Shown in pieces: positions 50,161 through 61,473 of a stretch of DNA of 64,000 bases. The notes beneath the pieces were generated by a model that was not told the origin of the DNA, searched no databases, and was given only the letters and a program-made list of their open reading frames with translations. Both the position numbers and the translations under genes were made by a program. The stretch lies in the NCBI GenBank assembly GCA_965644295.1, contig CBFFRP010000379.1, forward strand, positions 99,585-163,584. Reading direction: 5' to 3'. Source of the stretch: Paraphysomonas bandaiensis (taxonomy: Eukaryota; Protista; Chrysophyceae). Within the stretch, counting starts at the first letter, position 1; each line of letters opens with the position of its first letter.

Positions 50161-51023
50161 TATTTTATTATATAAAAATATGTAGAAATGAATAATTTTG
50201 AATTAGAATATGACAATTTTTGTAAAAATATGGAATTTTGTTGAAAGTATTAGCATATGAATATTCGAATGAAAGTAGAAGTGCAGCATATTCAATGAAG
50301 TTTAATTAGACACTTGGATTAGGATGGAAGTGGAATGGGAATGAAGTGGTATGTATATACGATCCACTTATATATGATTTATGTATGTTTATGTATTTAT
50401 GTATATCGAGGTATGTATTGTGGGTTGGAGGTGTGTATAGAATACGATTGTAGGTGGTGTGTCTGTGTGCCTGTGTGCCTGTCTGTCGATGTATGTCTGT
50501 ATGTCTGTTGGCACGTATGTACATCGCGCATTCTGTGTACTTACATACATATGTATGTACATATGTGCGTATGTATGTACATACAGTAGGCAGGTACGAT
50601 CGTAGGTGGATGGGTATATACAGCAGTACACATAGGTAGGTATACTCACTGTATAACGTAAACACTCGCCAAATGGGCCCGTATAATTGGTTGCATTACG
50701 TACGGCATTCTTTGTATATTTTTGTTCATAGATGCCTCTAATATTGAGACAATAATTATCTGTATTTCCGCTGTAGTTGTATTGCTGTAATGTAGATAAT
50801 ATTTGCTTCAATTTATTCCCGAAAAATGCAATGTATTCCTATTGGTTGTATGCTATATGAGGCACAGCTCTATATGATACGTGTGTATGTCTATGTATAG
50901 AGGGATATGTATGTATATGTACATACAGTTACAGTTAGTAGAGTTGTTCTTTAACGACTATATGGCATACTAACCAAACTAACACATACATACATACATA
51001 TTTCATCTACTTCATCATTTAAT

Positions 51024-51640
51024 ATGATTCCTGAAACTAAAATTCAACTTACTGATGAATCAGATGCATCTGTAGTCACTGATATTGAATCACATGAACC
51101 ACAAGACATACTTACAAGTAACGCCTCAGATACATCCCTAAATGATCCTAATAATAAAACATGCTATACTCCTGTCATAGAAAAAGTTACTCCTGTATTG
51201 AATAATATCACTGAATTATTTGATGATGATGAATCAGAGATATCTTGTGATGATAACATACACGGTGATGATACACTGTTTAAAGTTACCCCTGCTGGGG
51301 CTGGAGCTGCTGTTGTAGGAATGCTTGTGGGAACAGTTGTTGTTGGTCCAATGGTTGGAATTGCTCTCGCAGGAGCGGCGGGATATGCGACGTACGTGTG
51401 ATAAATGTCTATAGTTAATATGTTAATGTTTTGTTTGTTACACACAGTACCCGGTCAGATAGAGTCGGAGAATACTCTAAAACTATCGGAAAGAAAGCCT
51501 ATAATGGTTTGTCAAAAGGTTTTCATCGCTCAAAGAGATTTATTGAGTCGAAATTGCCTCAGAACAGAGGAGAGTGTGGGAATATCGAGCCACCAGTTCC
51601 TTCTGCTCCTTTGGCTGTTCAAAATAAGGAAGAGGCCTAG
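51024..51640 (+). CDS. Hypothetical protein with a glycine-zipper-like hydrophobic segment (2 exons)
   Basis: GAGAAVVGMLVGTVVVGPMVGIALAGAAGYAT; intron ~51392-51446. Confidence 0.6.
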
Positions 51641-52724
51641 TAACCTCTAGTGCCTGAACGTTGTTGATATTTCTTCTTTATTCAATGACAATATGTGTTC
51701 GTTTTTTATTATTCATACTATTATGTCAACTGAGTGGTGTTGAATTGTGTTATCACATACGAAGTAATGGTTACTATGATTTCTGCATGAAGAAGAGTTA
51801 ATACGACAGAAGACAGAACTTTAATGGACTAATATTTTCTGTTCTAGTATACTAACTAAGCAATTTGTCTGAGAATGTAATAGATTGAAAATTTCACAAA
51901 CAAGAAACGAGGAAATCAACGCAAAATATGAAATATTCTCCGCTATTCTAGTCTAGCTACAGAATGAAAGAATTATAGTAGAGGGCATTTCAGCTCTTCT
52001 ACTACTCCTACTGTTATGTGTGTTGCTATTAAATAGAGAAAACGCCCTTTAAATATAATATCGTTCAAACGTGTGTGGTCACACATAGGTCACATACGTA
52101 TAGTGTAAAACTAGAAAGAAAGTATATGCAATATACAGGATCCATCCTATCATGCATGAAAAAAAAGCGGGATGGCTTATACGCTCCGCTTGCAGGCAAT
52201 GGGTCCGTTAAATCGAATCCCTAAAATCTATACCTTATTATTTTCCCATAAAATAAACAAGAATAATTAGAACGCCCGAATTGCGGAGCAATTTGCGACC
52301 AGGGGGGAGGATCTTTAGATCCGGAGGGAGCCTGGTATATTATTCTGAATGTTTTATATTAATGTAATATCAATCTTTTTTATATATCTTTTATGTATAT
52401 CTATATTAATAATTCTTCTTATATTATTTCGATTACTAATATCCTATTTATAAATTGACATTTTGGCATTGGCATTTTATAGTAAAATAATCTGGCTGAA
52501 ATAATATTTTATAAAATAGAGTTTCAAAAGTATAAATTGCCAGCGCCTAAATGCCATCGTCGTTATTATAGTTAAGAGTAGAAAACAGCTCGCCACCATA
52601 CCTACTACACTATCTTATCGTACCCACACAATAGCGTCATCACTGTCTACTTATGTACTATGTCTTTAAGTCATATCGATATTTAAAAAAGGTTTAAAGA
52701 ATTGATTTGTTGATTACATACCTA

Positions 52725-52757
52725 AAGTATTTTTTATATTAAAACTACTTAAAGAAT
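52725..52757 (+). promoter_or_regulatory. Putative viral promoter, exact 33-bp repeat of 53149-53181; core ACTTAAA(G/A)A also at 54957, 55357, 57740
   Basis: The core sits 32-38 nt upstream of the ATG of five + strand non-structural ORFs. Confidence 0.7.
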
Positions 52758-52778
52758 TACAAATATAGTATTATTATA

Positions 52779-53120
52779 ATGAACGAAACTTTAGACAAAC
52801 CTGTTTTGATGATGACAAAATTAGAGCAAGATGAAATAAGACAATCTGATGAATACAAAAAAGCTATCAAGTACATACCTTATCTATTTAAAACCCGCAA
52901 AACCTTTAATAATAGGCAATGGTCTTATGGAATGAAGCACACTGTAGAAAGATACATACGGACTTATAATCTTGAGAACAATTATTACGTTTCTAATAAT
53001 GCTTTAATATTGGGTATGATAGATTCGGGTTTCAAAGCAAAGCATGAATCTAACACTCAAAATTATATATTCAATTTCACAGAAACTATTATCAACAAAA
53101 ATATGAGAAAACAACGATAG
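52779..53120 (+). CDS. Viral hypothetical protein (SYGMKH..ER...YVSN motif)
   Basis: Clean ORF preceded by the shared upstream motif. Confidence 0.7.
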   Translation: MNETLDKPVLMMTKLEQDEIRQSDEYKKAIKYIPYLFKTRKTFNNRQWSYGMKHTVERYIRTYNLENNYYVSNNALILGMIDSGFKAKHESNTQNYIFNFTETIINKNMRKQR

Positions 53121-53208
53121 AGCCTATTTTTATTTATATTGTCAAATTAAGTATTTTTTATATTAAAACTACTTAAAGAATATTTATATATAGTATTATT
53201 ATAAAAGA

Positions 53209-54951
53209 ATGAATTTTGAAAATTCGATTTTACTGACCTCTGAGGAGATTGAACAACTTGTCACTTCTATGTTTCCAAATGACAAGGCAAATACTATTGC
53301 CAAAGGATTATGTAACTACTGCTTCATTAACAAAGGAATGATATACTTTCTTGAATCTAATATTACATATTCACAGCTACCTTTAAGTGTAGGAAAATCT
53401 AAGTTAGTTACTATTATTACGAGTTATATACAGAAATCTTTTCAATCTTTAAGCGAATACAAACAAGAAATATTGAAATTAAAATACGAAAAATTTTACA
53501 AAATATTTCTTAATGCATCTGTATTACAGTATTACGATCAAATAATAACAGTACTAGAAATAAAGAAAGTAGTATTTGATACAACGCCCTATGAGATACA
53601 TTTTAATAATGGATATTATGATCTTCAGCATAATAAATTCAAACAAAGAGAATTACACAAACATTATGTTACGCAATATATTCAAAGAGATTATGTAAAG
53701 TCTAGTGAAGATGAACGCGATAAAATGATGGAACATATTAGAAAAATTTATCCTGATAACGAAGATATGAATTGTATTCTTTTAACGCTTGGTTCTGCTC
53801 TCAGTGGTAAGTCTAACGTTGATCAAGATACGTTATTTCTCTTGGGAGTAGCGTCCGCTGGGAAATCGTTTATAATGGAATTATCACAAAAAACATTTGA
53901 ATGTTACTTTAAAGAATTAAAAAATGACACTTTTAGTCACAACAACAGTAAGATTGATAAAATTTTAAATAGTTTTGCAAACAACCCTCAAATTAGGATT
54001 ACATGGGTTAATGAAATCAAAGATGTTAAAATAGACGAAACACTATTCAAAAAGTTTTGTGAAGGAAAACTACAAACAACTAAATTATATGAAGATGAAT
54101 CTCATGATATAACTCATAATTCAAAATCTTTTATAACGGCTAATACTATGCCTAGTATGAAAATAGATTCCGGTGTAGTTAGACGATTTAAAGGATACAC
54201 GCATGTAAGTAAGTTTGTAGATAATCCTGATGAAGTGGATGAATCTAATCACATTTACCTTAAAGATAAGTACCTACTCGATAATATAGTAAAACACAAT
54301 CTATTGAATGCATGGTTTGACATATTAGCAAAGTATTGTTACAAGTGGTCAAAAGGAGAAAAGCCCAAATTTAATAAGAATTTTACAGAAACAAAAGATT
54401 CAGTTGTCAATACTAATGACATAATGCAAGACTTTATAGATGGTTATTTCATAAAAACAGATAAATCATCTGACAGGATAAGTAAAGAACTAATGGAAAC
54501 ATATTTCAAGAAACAATATCCTGATAAACATTTATCAATGGTACAACTGATAACATCATTAAAAGATAAAGGTTTACACTACAATGCTAGTATGCGCGTT
54601 GACGGTGTTCGTGGTTGTTTTACAAATATTAAACTGCGAATGAAAAAACTTCTTAAAAGTGGCGAAGAAAAACGAACCGATTTGACAGAGTACACAATTC
54701 AATTAGAAAACGAAATAGAAACATATAAAGATGAAATTGAATATCTTAAACAGCAATTAAGTATGTTCAATAGACAATCTAAATCAATCAAGTCAAAAAA
54801 TTCTAAGATGGTCAAAGTTAAGAAAGTTACTTTTGAATATGATACTGACAATGACGATGAACCCATACCCGAAACATTTAAAACAAATATATTTAAACAA
54901 CAAAAAATTGAAAAAGAAGAATTAAATGAAATTATTGATTTACTAAATTAA
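53209..54951 (+). CDS. D5-like superfamily 3 helicase
   Basis: IHFNNGYYDL (D5_N-like), Walker A GVASAGKS, Walker B WVNE, motif C TANTMP, VVRRF. Confidence 0.85.
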   Translation: MNFENSILLTSEEIEQLVTSMFPNDKANTIAKGLCNYCFINKGMIYFLESNITYSQLPLSVGKSKLVTIITSYIQKSFQSLSEYKQEILKLKYEKFYKIFLNASVLQYYDQIITVLEIKKVVFDTTPYEIHFNNGYYDLQHNKFKQRELHKHYVTQYIQRDYVKSSEDERDKMMEHIRKIYPDNEDMNCILLTLGSALSGKSNVDQDTLFLLGVASAGKSFIMELSQKTFECYFKELKNDTFSHNNSKIDKILNSFANNPQIRITWVNEIKDVKIDETLFKKFCEGKLQTTKLYEDESHDITHNSKSFITANTMPSMKIDSGVVRRFKGYTHVSKFVDNPDEVDESNHIYLKDKYLLDNIVKHNLLNAWFDILAKYCYKWSKGEKPKFNKNFTETKDSVVNTNDIMQDFIDGYFIKTDKSSDRISKELMETYFKKQYPDKHLSMVQLITSLKDKGLHYNASMRVDGVRGCFTNIKLRMKKLLKSGEEKRTDLTEYTIQLENEIETYKDEIEYLKQQLSMFNRQSKSIKSKNSKMVKVKKVTFEYDTDNDDEPIPETFKTNIFKQQKIEKEELNEIIDLLN

Positions 54952-54993
54952 AAAGTACTTAAAAAATTATTATATATAGTTTAGTTATATATA

Positions 54994-55347
54994 ATGGTAA
55001 AAAAGTCTGTTTACACTAAAAAGATTATCAAAGAGAAAACTGTGAAGCACGGAAAAGAACGAACAATACAATTGTACAGAAATGACAAAAAGAATAATAT
55101 CTCTGCTCAAGATGTACGCGATATTGTACAAGGATTGCAAAATTCAGATCCAAATAAACTATTTATGGTGCGCGCTTTAAACGCAGCCAGATGGAGCACA
55201 CTCAAAGGATTTTATAGTGACCTAAATGTTGATGATGAAGAAGATTATTATGCAAATAGAGTCAAAGACACAGATAAGTTTTCAAAGTTCTCACAATTGC
55301 AAATTACTGCCTTTGTACCCGATGATATTGAGGATAATTTTGTTTAA
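54994..55347 (+). CDS. Viral hypothetical protein
   Basis: Clean 117-aa ORF with the upstream motif. Confidence 0.7.
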   Translation: MVKKSVYTKKIIKEKTVKHGKERTIQLYRNDKKNNISAQDVRDIVQGLQNSDPNKLFMVRALNAARWSTLKGFYSDLNVDDEEDYYANRVKDTDKFSKFSQLQITAFVPDDIEDNFV

Positions 55348-55392
55348 TATAAAACTACTTAAAAAATAATTAATATAATAATAATATATAGA

Positions 55393-56643
55393 ATGTATTT
55401 TTATTATAAAATGAATAGTGCCATGTACAGAGTTTTAGATGTTAAGAACTACATCTTTTCAGACATGTCACATGAGAAATGTATGAAATTAGAATATGCG
55501 TATCAATTGTTTAAAGGATACGAAGCATCAGATGAAGGAATAAAACAGTATGGTAAAGATTTCAGGGCGTGGTGTAGAGAGATGAGATTTACTAAAAACT
55601 TGTCAATTGATTACAAAAAATTTCATTCACACTTGGGCGCTGTTAAATGTGTCTTTATGCAATATTGTAAAGGAAAATATGAACATCATAAAAAGATTAA
55701 AAAAATAGAAAATGGATACTTTCAAGATTGTTACAATGCAGGTTTACAGTTTTGCGAGCCGGGAGTATTTAATTCATATGGATACGATTTTAGTGGATTT
55801 TATCCATCTCTATTGATAGATGATAACTTTTTAATACCAACAAAGAAAGGAAAAGAAAAATACTTAAAGAAGTTAAAAAAACGTTCTAAACTTAAATACG
55901 GAATATACAGAGTTAAAATTACATCTGATAATAAAAACTTTAAAAAGATATTTTCATTTTCTCCAAAACATACATATACTCATATATCTCTAAAACATGC
56001 AATGAAATGCAAAAAGAAATTTGATGTAAATATTGAGTTAATTGTTGATGATAAACCAAACGCATACATATACAGAACAAAAGATTTAGTAAAAGCAAGT
56101 GAAATATTTGCAGAATGGTACAATCGTTTAATTCAGTTAAAAAAGTTGTATCCCAACAACAAACTTGTAAAGCATTTGATGTCATCGCTATGGGGAACGT
56201 TAACGCAGTACAATATGATATATAAATCATATGATGAATTAGAAAATGAAGGTTATGACTGGGGATATACAAAGGAATGCGATTATATTGTACAGGATAA
56301 GTATATGTCAGCACATAGTAACGATGAAGAGAATTATAAACTTTTAGATTCAAATAATCCTTTTAAATACAATATTAGACTACTTCCGTTTTTGCTTTCA
56401 TATGCAAGAAACAAAATAGCAGAAGTGGCATTGAAGGATATTGACAACGTCATTCGTATTCACACAGATAACGTTACTTTTAAGAAAGATCCAAAATTAG
56501 ATATACCCAATCTATTGCGAGAAGATAAAACTTCGGGTATGATTGAATGGAGACATGTAAATGGATACAATCATATATGTCCAAAGTGTGACGAGCGACT
56601 TAAATACAAGGACATAAAAACACATATTGAAGAATGTTGTTAA
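55393..56643 (+). CDS. Minimal family-B (protein-primed-type) DNA polymerase with a C-terminal zinc finger
   Basis: Motif A YDFSGFYPS, motif B KHLMSSLWG, motif C RIHTDNV; C-terminal CPKC...H...C. Confidence 0.75.
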   Translation: MYFYYKMNSAMYRVLDVKNYIFSDMSHEKCMKLEYAYQLFKGYEASDEGIKQYGKDFRAWCREMRFTKNLSIDYKKFHSHLGAVKCVFMQYCKGKYEHHKKIKKIENGYFQDCYNAGLQFCEPGVFNSYGYDFSGFYPSLLIDDNFLIPTKKGKEKYLKKLKKRSKLKYGIYRVKITSDNKNFKKIFSFSPKHTYTHISLKHAMKCKKKFDVNIELIVDDKPNAYIYRTKDLVKASEIFAEWYNRLIQLKKLYPNNKLVKHLMSSLWGTLTQYNMIYKSYDELENEGYDWGYTKECDYIVQDKYMSAHSNDEENYKLLDSNNPFKYNIRLLPFLLSYARNKIAEVALKDIDNVIRIHTDNVTFKKDPKLDIPNLLREDKTSGMIEWRHVNGYNHICPKCDERLKYKDIKTHIEECC

Positions 56644-57685
56644 CGTTTTTTCTTTTTCTTAATGCTTTTATCAAAATCATCTAATAACTTTTTATCAACA
56701 GTTTTTAGTAAATCACTTTTAGCATACCATCCCGCGTCTTTTTTTAACTCTCCATACATCCAAACTTGATAGTGATTTTCGCCATCAAAAAATCGCTTAT
56801 CAAGAATCTTTTAATTTCAACTTGTTCTTCTTCGGCATCAGGTGCAGGCATTAGTTCATCTTCTGTAAAGGATGCATTTTTAATACCACTTAACATATAT
56901 CTGTATGTAACTTTTCCAGGATAATACAATATTTGTTTAATTTGTACAGGTATAGGGTCAAAGCGGAAGTCACCTTCTCGGAACACATCAGAATTAATAG
57001 TTTCATTTAAAGCATTTTTGGGTTTGTCTAATTTTCGATACACAAAGTCACCCACATTATATTTAGGTTTTGATTTGGTTGTGTCTGGAACAGGATACTT
57101 ATGTGTTGCCAAGTCAATATTAGACACATCTTTCTTCCTTAGTTTATTCAAATCTATTCTTAGCTTATCAACTATATCAGTCCATTCTCTATAAATTTTT
57201 CCAGTTTTTAACTCAATGCTATTCATATAACCATTAAAAAATCTGCCTAATGTTCTATTTAAACTCTCCACTGCTGACATTTGTTTATGTCGTCCCGCTA
57301 ATGCAACGCTATGTAAAATACTTTCGTCGTACAAATATTTTGCAAAACCTTTTTTAAATGATGCACCGCCATCTGTTCGAATAGAAGCGTACGGTTTATT
57401 AAGATGATTACGTTGAAATATAGCCTTTATTGCTTTTAAAGTTTCATCAGAGTTTTCTGTTTTCATTGGTTCCATATCAAACTCATCAGTTGCCAAATCA
57501 ACAACAACTAATAAATATTGATATCCTTTTTTATCTTTTGGTAAATGCAACACATCCGCCATAAAGTTATAATCTTCTTTAAGTGGTATATTATCTTTTA
57601 TTCGATTATATCTTTTCTTCTTGGTTTGTTTACTTGGTCTTGTTAATGTTTCATCGATATCATATTTTTTAATAAGATCATTCAT
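56640..57685 (-). CDS. Retroviral-type (rve) integrase with a C-terminal chromodomain after a single-base frameshift at ~56810
   Basis: DDE residues in FMADVL, IRTDGGASF and AVESLNRTL; KYNVGDFV; the alternative frame gives ILDKRFFDGENHYQVWMYGELKKDAGW to TAA at 56640. Confidence 0.88.
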
Positions 57686-57775
57686 AATGATATATAATAC
57701 ACATATAAAAAATATAAATAAACTAACTTAGTAAAAAACACTTAAAAAGAAATTAATATATAAGAGTATAGTATA

Positions 57776-58120
57776 ATGAACAAAGAATCAAGAAGAGAGT
57801 ATAATAAAAAATACTACGCTGAAAAGAAAAGCGCAATATGTGCAAAGCTATTTGAAAAAGAAGAATGTTTAAAATGTGGCAGAATAGTATCACATCAAAA
57901 TATGAAGAAACATCAAGCATCAAAAGTATGCATGACAACGGCAGAGAGAAAACAAGCAAAGTTAAATGTTTCAAGCGAATTAGAAGCAATAAAACAAGAA
58001 TTAGAAGACATTAAGAAATCTAAACAAGATTCATTGATGTATTGTTGGGGATGTCAAGAATCATTTACAGAATCTCAAAAAACTAAACATAAATGTTCAA
58101 GTAAACATAGAAATCTTTAA
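57776..58120 (+). CDS. Viral small zinc-finger protein
   Basis: CLKCGRIVSHQNMKKHQASKVC and CWGC...KHKC; upstream motif present. Confidence 0.7.
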   Translation: MNKESRREYNKKYYAEKKSAICAKLFEKEECLKCGRIVSHQNMKKHQASKVCMTTAERKQAKLNVSSELEAIKQELEDIKKSKQDSLMYCWGCQESFTESQKTKHKCSSKHRNL

Positions 58121-58401
58121 GTAAAATTTATTATAAATGTATCATCATCGATAACTTTATATTTTTTCTGTTTTTTCCTTTTGGTATCCTTTTTTGTGTG
58201 TACCCATTTCTTATATTCTTTGTTCTCTTTAAGTGTTTTAATTTTAGTATAATAATAGTTTCTAGCATACTCATTACATTTAGCTTTATTATTAAAATAG
58301 TAAATTCTATTTCGAATCAATAATGTGTCTCTGTTCTTTAAGTAATATTCATGATTATACTGTTTAAGTTTCTCTTTATTCATTATTATATCAATAATCA
58401 A
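58117..58401 (-). CDS. Viral basic hypothetical protein (Y/K-rich coil)
   Basis: KEKLKQYNHEYYLKNRD pattern; stop codon overlaps that of the convergent ORF (TTAA). Confidence 0.55.
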   Translation of the reverse strand: MIIDIIMNKEKLKQYNHEYYLKNRDTLLIRNRIYYFNNKAKCNEYARNYYYTKIKTLKENKEYKKWVHTKKDTKRKKQKKYKVIDDDTFIINFT

Positions 58402-58535
58402 TAAAATTATAAAATGGCAAGTATCATAGGTAATAGTAATATTTTAAAAGCTTTTGTTATAGCTATATCAACGGCTCGCTCTGTTGCTGACCGCAAAAAA
58501 ACGTGCTACTCTCTTCCAATTACGCCTAATAAAAT

Positions 58536-58964
58536 TCATTTTTTAATTCGTGGAAGTAATATCTCAACCATTTTGACAATTAATTCGATGTCATTATTGA
58601 AATATTTTTTAACCGCTTCAACTACAACCGCTAGTTTTCTATCACCAGATTTCGGTTTTGTGATAAAATTTTCAACTGCTTGACAAGTAAATAATAGAAT
58701 TTGTTCATTGTATTTATTTGAATCAGGATCAAAGAGATCTAAAACAGATTGAATTTTAGTAACTAATTCGTACTGTTGATTTTCAAGTTTAATCTCTTTA
58801 ATTTTGTCAGAAAGTCCATTTAACTCAACATTAAATAGTTTTTTGTCTGGAATCGATCGATGTCTGAAACTACATTCACGTTTAACTTCAGCTTCTATCT
58901 CTTTAGTTTCTTCAACTCCTAGAGGTCTGTTGTTGTCGTTGTCTTTAATAACTACTTTTCTCAT
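58536..58964 (-). CDS. Viral hypothetical protein
   Basis: 142-aa ORF with TATATAA directly before the ATG. Confidence 0.6.
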   Translation of the reverse strand: MRKVVIKDNDNNRPLGVEETKEIEAEVKRECSFRHRSIPDKKLFNVELNGLSDKIKEIKLENQQYELVTKIQSVLDLFDPDSNKYNEQILLFTCQAVENFITKPKSGDRKLAVVVEAVKKYFNNDIELIVKMVEILLPRIKK

Positions 58965-59003
58965 TTATATAATTGTGACACAAAATATTTAAACATTTTA
59001 TAT

Positions 59004-60108
59004 TTAAGCGAAACCCTCATCTGAGATATCACTGCGCCATTCATCCCAGCCAAATTCATTTTCTTTTCTGGGAGTAAAATATTCTGCTGGTACCGGTGTG
59101 CTTGGTGGCTTGATTTTATGAGTTCGGACATGATGCTTTGTTCTTAGTTTATGCATGTTCTCATCCTCTATTTCATCTTTTTGTTTTATATTCATTTCTG
59201 TTCGTCTTGTTCGACTCATTTGTCCGGTAATTGGTTCCATATTGACAAACAAGCCTTCTAATCCTTGTCTCATGTGTCTTTTTTCATAGTGATTTTTGGC
59301 TCTAATTGCTTTATCGGCATCATAGTCCTCTGCCTCCATACCTTCTCTGTTCAATCTTTCGCTTTTCTTGTCTTTACTACGTTGAACTAATTGTTTTGTT
59401 GCTTCTTTCTGTTTTTGAGTTCTGCCTTTTGGTTTAGCTAATTTAGTTTGTGGCTCTAAAGGCAAATCCTCAACATCATCATCTAATTCTTCAATCTGAT
59501 CATTTGATTTAAATTCTAATGGCTGTGTATACATCAAATCATTGCTTGTAGATATTGGTGGTGCGGGGTTGATGGTATTATCTGCCTTGCTGGATATATC
59601 AATGGCTCTTCTACGTTGCGCACGTTTTTTGTTTTTGAGATGTTGGACCCATAATTAAATTTCCAGTTGGAGATTTAGAGACTTTAATATTTCCAGATGC
59701 GTACCCGTCATTAGCTAATTTTGCAAATTTGAAAGTCTCTTTTAACTCTTTCTGGTACATTTTCAAGTCTCAACACCTCCTCATTGGCGGGGTTCTTGGG
59801 ATTATTTCTAGCTTCATTTAATTGTCCTCCGCAATATATCAATCTCTCTTCTGTCAATGGCTGAGCCATGTAGCAGCACCTACACCGGAAACACCTCCTA
59901 TTCCGCCCCCGCCAAATTGCTTATTTACACCTGTGCCAAAATTAGTTTTCTTTTTCCCTTTAGCTTTGCGCTTTTTCTCTTTGTTCTTTTTCTTTTTAAA
60001 ATCAAATCTGGTGCAATACCATGTAAGTTTATGTAAGTCGTCAAGAGATAAATAGATTTTCTCTTCTCCTTCATTAGTATTTATATAATAGTGAAAGATA
60101 GATATCAT
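59004..60108 (-). CDS. Viral hypothetical protein(s), frameshifted
   Basis: ORFs 59004-59537 and 59854-60108 with coding-like sequence between them. Confidence 0.45.
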
Positions 60109-60663
60109 GCGAAATAATCATCTGAATTAAATGTCACATGTCTTTGTGTGGCGGGTTGTCTTTGTATAGATACTTGTTCATCTTCTAGATTCTGATTCAG
60201 ATTCTGATGATTCAACAACAATTGTTCTCTTTTTTTGGTTTTCTTTTTGGTGGTCTTTTAACAACTATAACCTCTTCATCTGATTCTGAATCATCATATA
60301 TTATTTTTTGTCTAGGAGCTCGTTTAACAACAGGCCTTGGTGCTGGTTTTGGTTCGGGATCTGTCTTTGTTACTGATTGCTCTTCTTGATGTTTGGCTAA
60401 TAATTGAGCATAATGTAATTCCTTTTCTTGTTGCCTCTTTAAAGCATTCTCTGCTCTCTTTTGTCTAGCCTTTTCAAATGCTTGTAGTTGGGCTCAGTGT
60501 TTTAGGCTTTGTCATCACTCTTTCTCTTTTTCACAGGAGCGGACTGAATAGGTGCTTGGGGTGTGTTAACAGGCTCCTCTGGTATGGTTGCGAGTTGTTT
60601 GACCTGTCTTTTCGGCTTTGTTAAAGGAATTGATTCTTCTATATATTCTTCGGGTTCTACCAT
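60105..60663 (-). CDS. Viral K/P/E-rich protein, frameshifted
   Basis: MVEPEEYIEESIPLTKPKR...AQLQAFEKARQKRAEN...YDDSESDEEVIVVKRPPKRK; TATATA before the ATG. Confidence 0.55.
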
Positions 60664-60719
60664 TATATAGTTACTGCAGAAAAAATATTTACAAAATATT
60701 AATATATTTACTCATAATA

Positions 60720-61473
60720 TAGTGAGAAATAACAGAAACACCTTCTGATTTGCCTAATACAGCACCTATTAAAGAAGTTATGGACGTCTATATACCAAAC
60801 ATCAATGAACACTTACCACATCGAAATGGGTTTATATATACTTTAATAGGGATCTGGTGGATCAGGAAAAACAAGTTTATTATTGTCAATGTTTAAGTCA
60901 TCTAGATTTTACAGAGCCAAATTTGATAATATATAACGCCTAATCACCCCCACAGAGTAGCTTTCTCAGTGTTCGCGAGTCATCCATTTGGAACGCATGG
61001 AAAGGTATATCATGAATTAACACCGGAATTATTGGATATAATATATGATGAATTATCAAACTTAAAAGAAAGTAATATAGAGCAGGGTATTCCTCCAGAA
61101 TATAATTTAGTTATTATTGATATGATTATGCAAATCATTTAAAAGACAATGTTTTAATTTAAACATTTGAACAGAATGCTTATCAAAGCAAGACATTTAA
61201 ATACAGCTTGTGTTTTACGTTACAACCATATAATTTATTTCCATTAACATTGAGAAAACAAATAACTAACATGACTTTGTTTAAACCTAAAATCAACAAG
61301 AGTGGACAGTTGTAACATCAGAACTATTAAATATGAAACAAAAGATAATGCTTTGTTGAAGCTGCGATGATTATGTTTATGGTAAAAGGCTATAATCATT
61401 TAGATGTTGATACAGTTGAAAACAAATTACTTCAAAACTTTAACACGCTTATCGTAAAGTTGGTAATCACTTA
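60720..61473 (+). CDS. A32/FtsK-HerA-like genome packaging ATPase (multiple frameshifts; not in the ORF track)
   Basis: GFIYTLI-GSGGSGKTSLL (Walker A ~60850-60880), LVII-DDYA (Walker B), ARHLN, YNHLDVD. Confidence 0.82.
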
